A stretch of 64,000 nt of DNA from the human T2T-CHM13v2.0 reference genome, Homo sapiens. Under the pieces are notes generated by a model. That model was not told where the DNA came from. It was given only the letters and a program-made list of their open reading frames with translations, and did no database searches. The position numbers and the translations under genes were made by a program. The DNA lies in NCBI RefSeq assembly GCF_009914755.1, contig NC_060925.1, one strand, 5' to 3'. Within the stretch, counting starts at the first letter, position 1. Every line of letters starts with the position of its first letter. Of the stretch, positions 62,425 through 64,000 are shown in pieces.

Positions 62425-62456
62425 TGCAAAGAGCCTCTGGCCAGCAGAGGGCGATA
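62425..62456 (+). promoter_or_regulatory. Candidate CTCF site (forward) with partial upstream motif
   Basis: TGGCCAGCAGAGGGCGATA at 62438-62456, a near-consensus core; TGCAA starts 14 bp before GGCCA. Confidence 0.7.
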
Positions 62457-62800
62457 GTCTCATAGCTTCAAATGTAAGCTACAGGTCCGCCCTCAAAGGT
62501 ATCTCTCGGGGAATGTTTCCCTCATCAAGAAGAATCTGTTTAATCCGAAACACAGGACGCTCGATGGTTCTTGTTAGTGCCTCAAATGGAGTCAATCAGT
62601 GGCCTCAAAATGTCAGATTTCCTCCCTGGGTTTTACGAGTCTCTCATTTCCTGTTTTTCTTAATGAAAGTTCAAAATCTCCCTGGCAATGATTTTGAATC
62701 ACCACAGTTTTCAAGAAATCTGAAAATCCTATTTCTTTTGGTTGGACAGCCATCAAAGATACATGTCAGTCATTCCATCCATCTCTCTTTCTCTCTCAGT

Positions 62801-62828
<28 letters not shown>
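62801..62828. repeat. (CA)14 microsatellite
   Basis: Direct reading. Confidence 0.96.
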
Positions 62829-62831
<3 letters not shown>

Positions 62832-63439
62832 AACTTTCACAATTCTTGCTGACAGCTCAAACCCATGTCTGCAACCAGAGATCCAGCAGAGAAGAAGGAA
62901 TGGTTGGAAATTGACTAAGCACTCCAACAAGTTATTTTGCATCGATGATCTGTGTTATGAGAGGTCTCCAACCTGCTCAAAGGTGTGCTTAGCATTACTA
63001 AGGGCACATGGAGTAGTGGCTAAAGCAATTCTTTCTGGTCCGGTCTCCAGGTGGTTAAAGGCATGAAACATATCTTTCCTCTCTTGCAAGAGTACCTATC
63101 AGATGGACCAGCAGTGGGGATTGTGCTTTGGAAAAAGGCAACAGCAACCCACCTCTTGGCTAATTCTGACATAGAAAGCATATTGCACCCACAGCTCCTG
63201 AAGGGCACCCCATGGGCTCTGACTCAGATTGAAAGGGAAAAAATGGAGATCCAAGATTTCACGCTGTCAGCGAATCCGTGTCTTGAGAGGGTGGTAAAGG
63301 CAGACTTGGGATCCTTGGGAGCTCTCCCTCCAGCACTTGAGCCGGGAGGCATGCTGAGCCCCATAATTCCTTACTGCAGCCCTGCCCAGCCAAGCAAGCT
63401 TCCTGCCCCAGAGTTCAGTCTTAACCATCGCTGCGGAGG

Positions 63440-63913
63440 TGCGTTAGTTTGCTAGGAGGACTGCCTAACAAAGGTCACAAACTGGGTGGCTAAAATGACA
63501 GAAATTTACTGTCTCACAATTCTGGAGGCAAGAAGTCTGAGATCAAGGAGTTGTCAGGGTTGGTTCCTTCTGAGGGCTGTGAGGGAGGATCTGTTCCATG
63601 TTTCTCTCCTAGATTTGGGTGATTTGCTTGCAATTTTTGGCATTCTTTGGCTCATAGAAGCATCATCCTATGATCATGAACCTTTATGTTCATGTGGCGT
63701 TCTGCCTGTGTGTGCCTGTGTCCAAAGTTCCCCTTTTTATAAGGACATCAGTCTTACTGCATTAGGGGCCCACCCTCCAACAGTATGACCTCATCTAAAA
63801 TTAACTAATTACATCTACAATGACCCCACTTCCGAATGAGGTCACATTCTGGGATACTGGAGGTTTGGACCCCAGCATATAAATTTTGGAGGGACACAAT
63901 TCACCTCATAATG
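63440..63913 (-). mobile_element. MLT1C-like MaLR LTR
   Basis: gttagtttgctagg...gggacacaattca; perfect TSD ggagg at 63435-63439 and 63914-63918. Confidence 0.88.
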
Positions 63914-64000
63914 GGAGGGCATGCCTCCCCTAACGACCAACCCATCTTCCAGGCTAGATGGGGATGCCAATGGCCAGGGGATAAAGCAAACAAAAAAAAG

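Overview
This is primate genomic DNA, most likely human (AluJ/AluS, an L1PA3-like element, THE1). It is CpG-poor non-coding sequence, either intergenic or deep inside a long intron; I cannot name the locus. No protein-coding gene, structural RNA gene, CpG island or CRISPR array is supportable, and the ORF track reflects Alu/L1/LTR/microsatellite translation or chance ORFs. The window is a layered record of transposable elements: MIR, L2, L1MB/L1MA/L1ME/L1PA 3' ends, 11 Alu/FLAM copies, a full-length MST MaLR, several solo LTRs with intact TSDs, small hAT/Tigger elements and an apparently full-length Charlie7-like hAT transposon with decayed transposase. Subfamily names come from my recall of consensus sequences and need RepeatMasker/Dfam confirmation; boundaries of old elements are approximate. 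I found no new biological system that I can defend. The leads most worth following are: (1) a ~1.1-kb fold-back structure at 47.6-48.7 kb, formed by an inverted copy of a CA-rich + MIR segment inside the Charlie7 5' end, with a 31-bp perfect core; (2) a divergent pair of strong CTCF motifs at 59.06 and 62.44 kb; (3) small templated-insertion scars; (4) candidate unannotated exons, including a 27-nt microexon; (5) homeodomain-motif-dense unique segments that look like enhancers.
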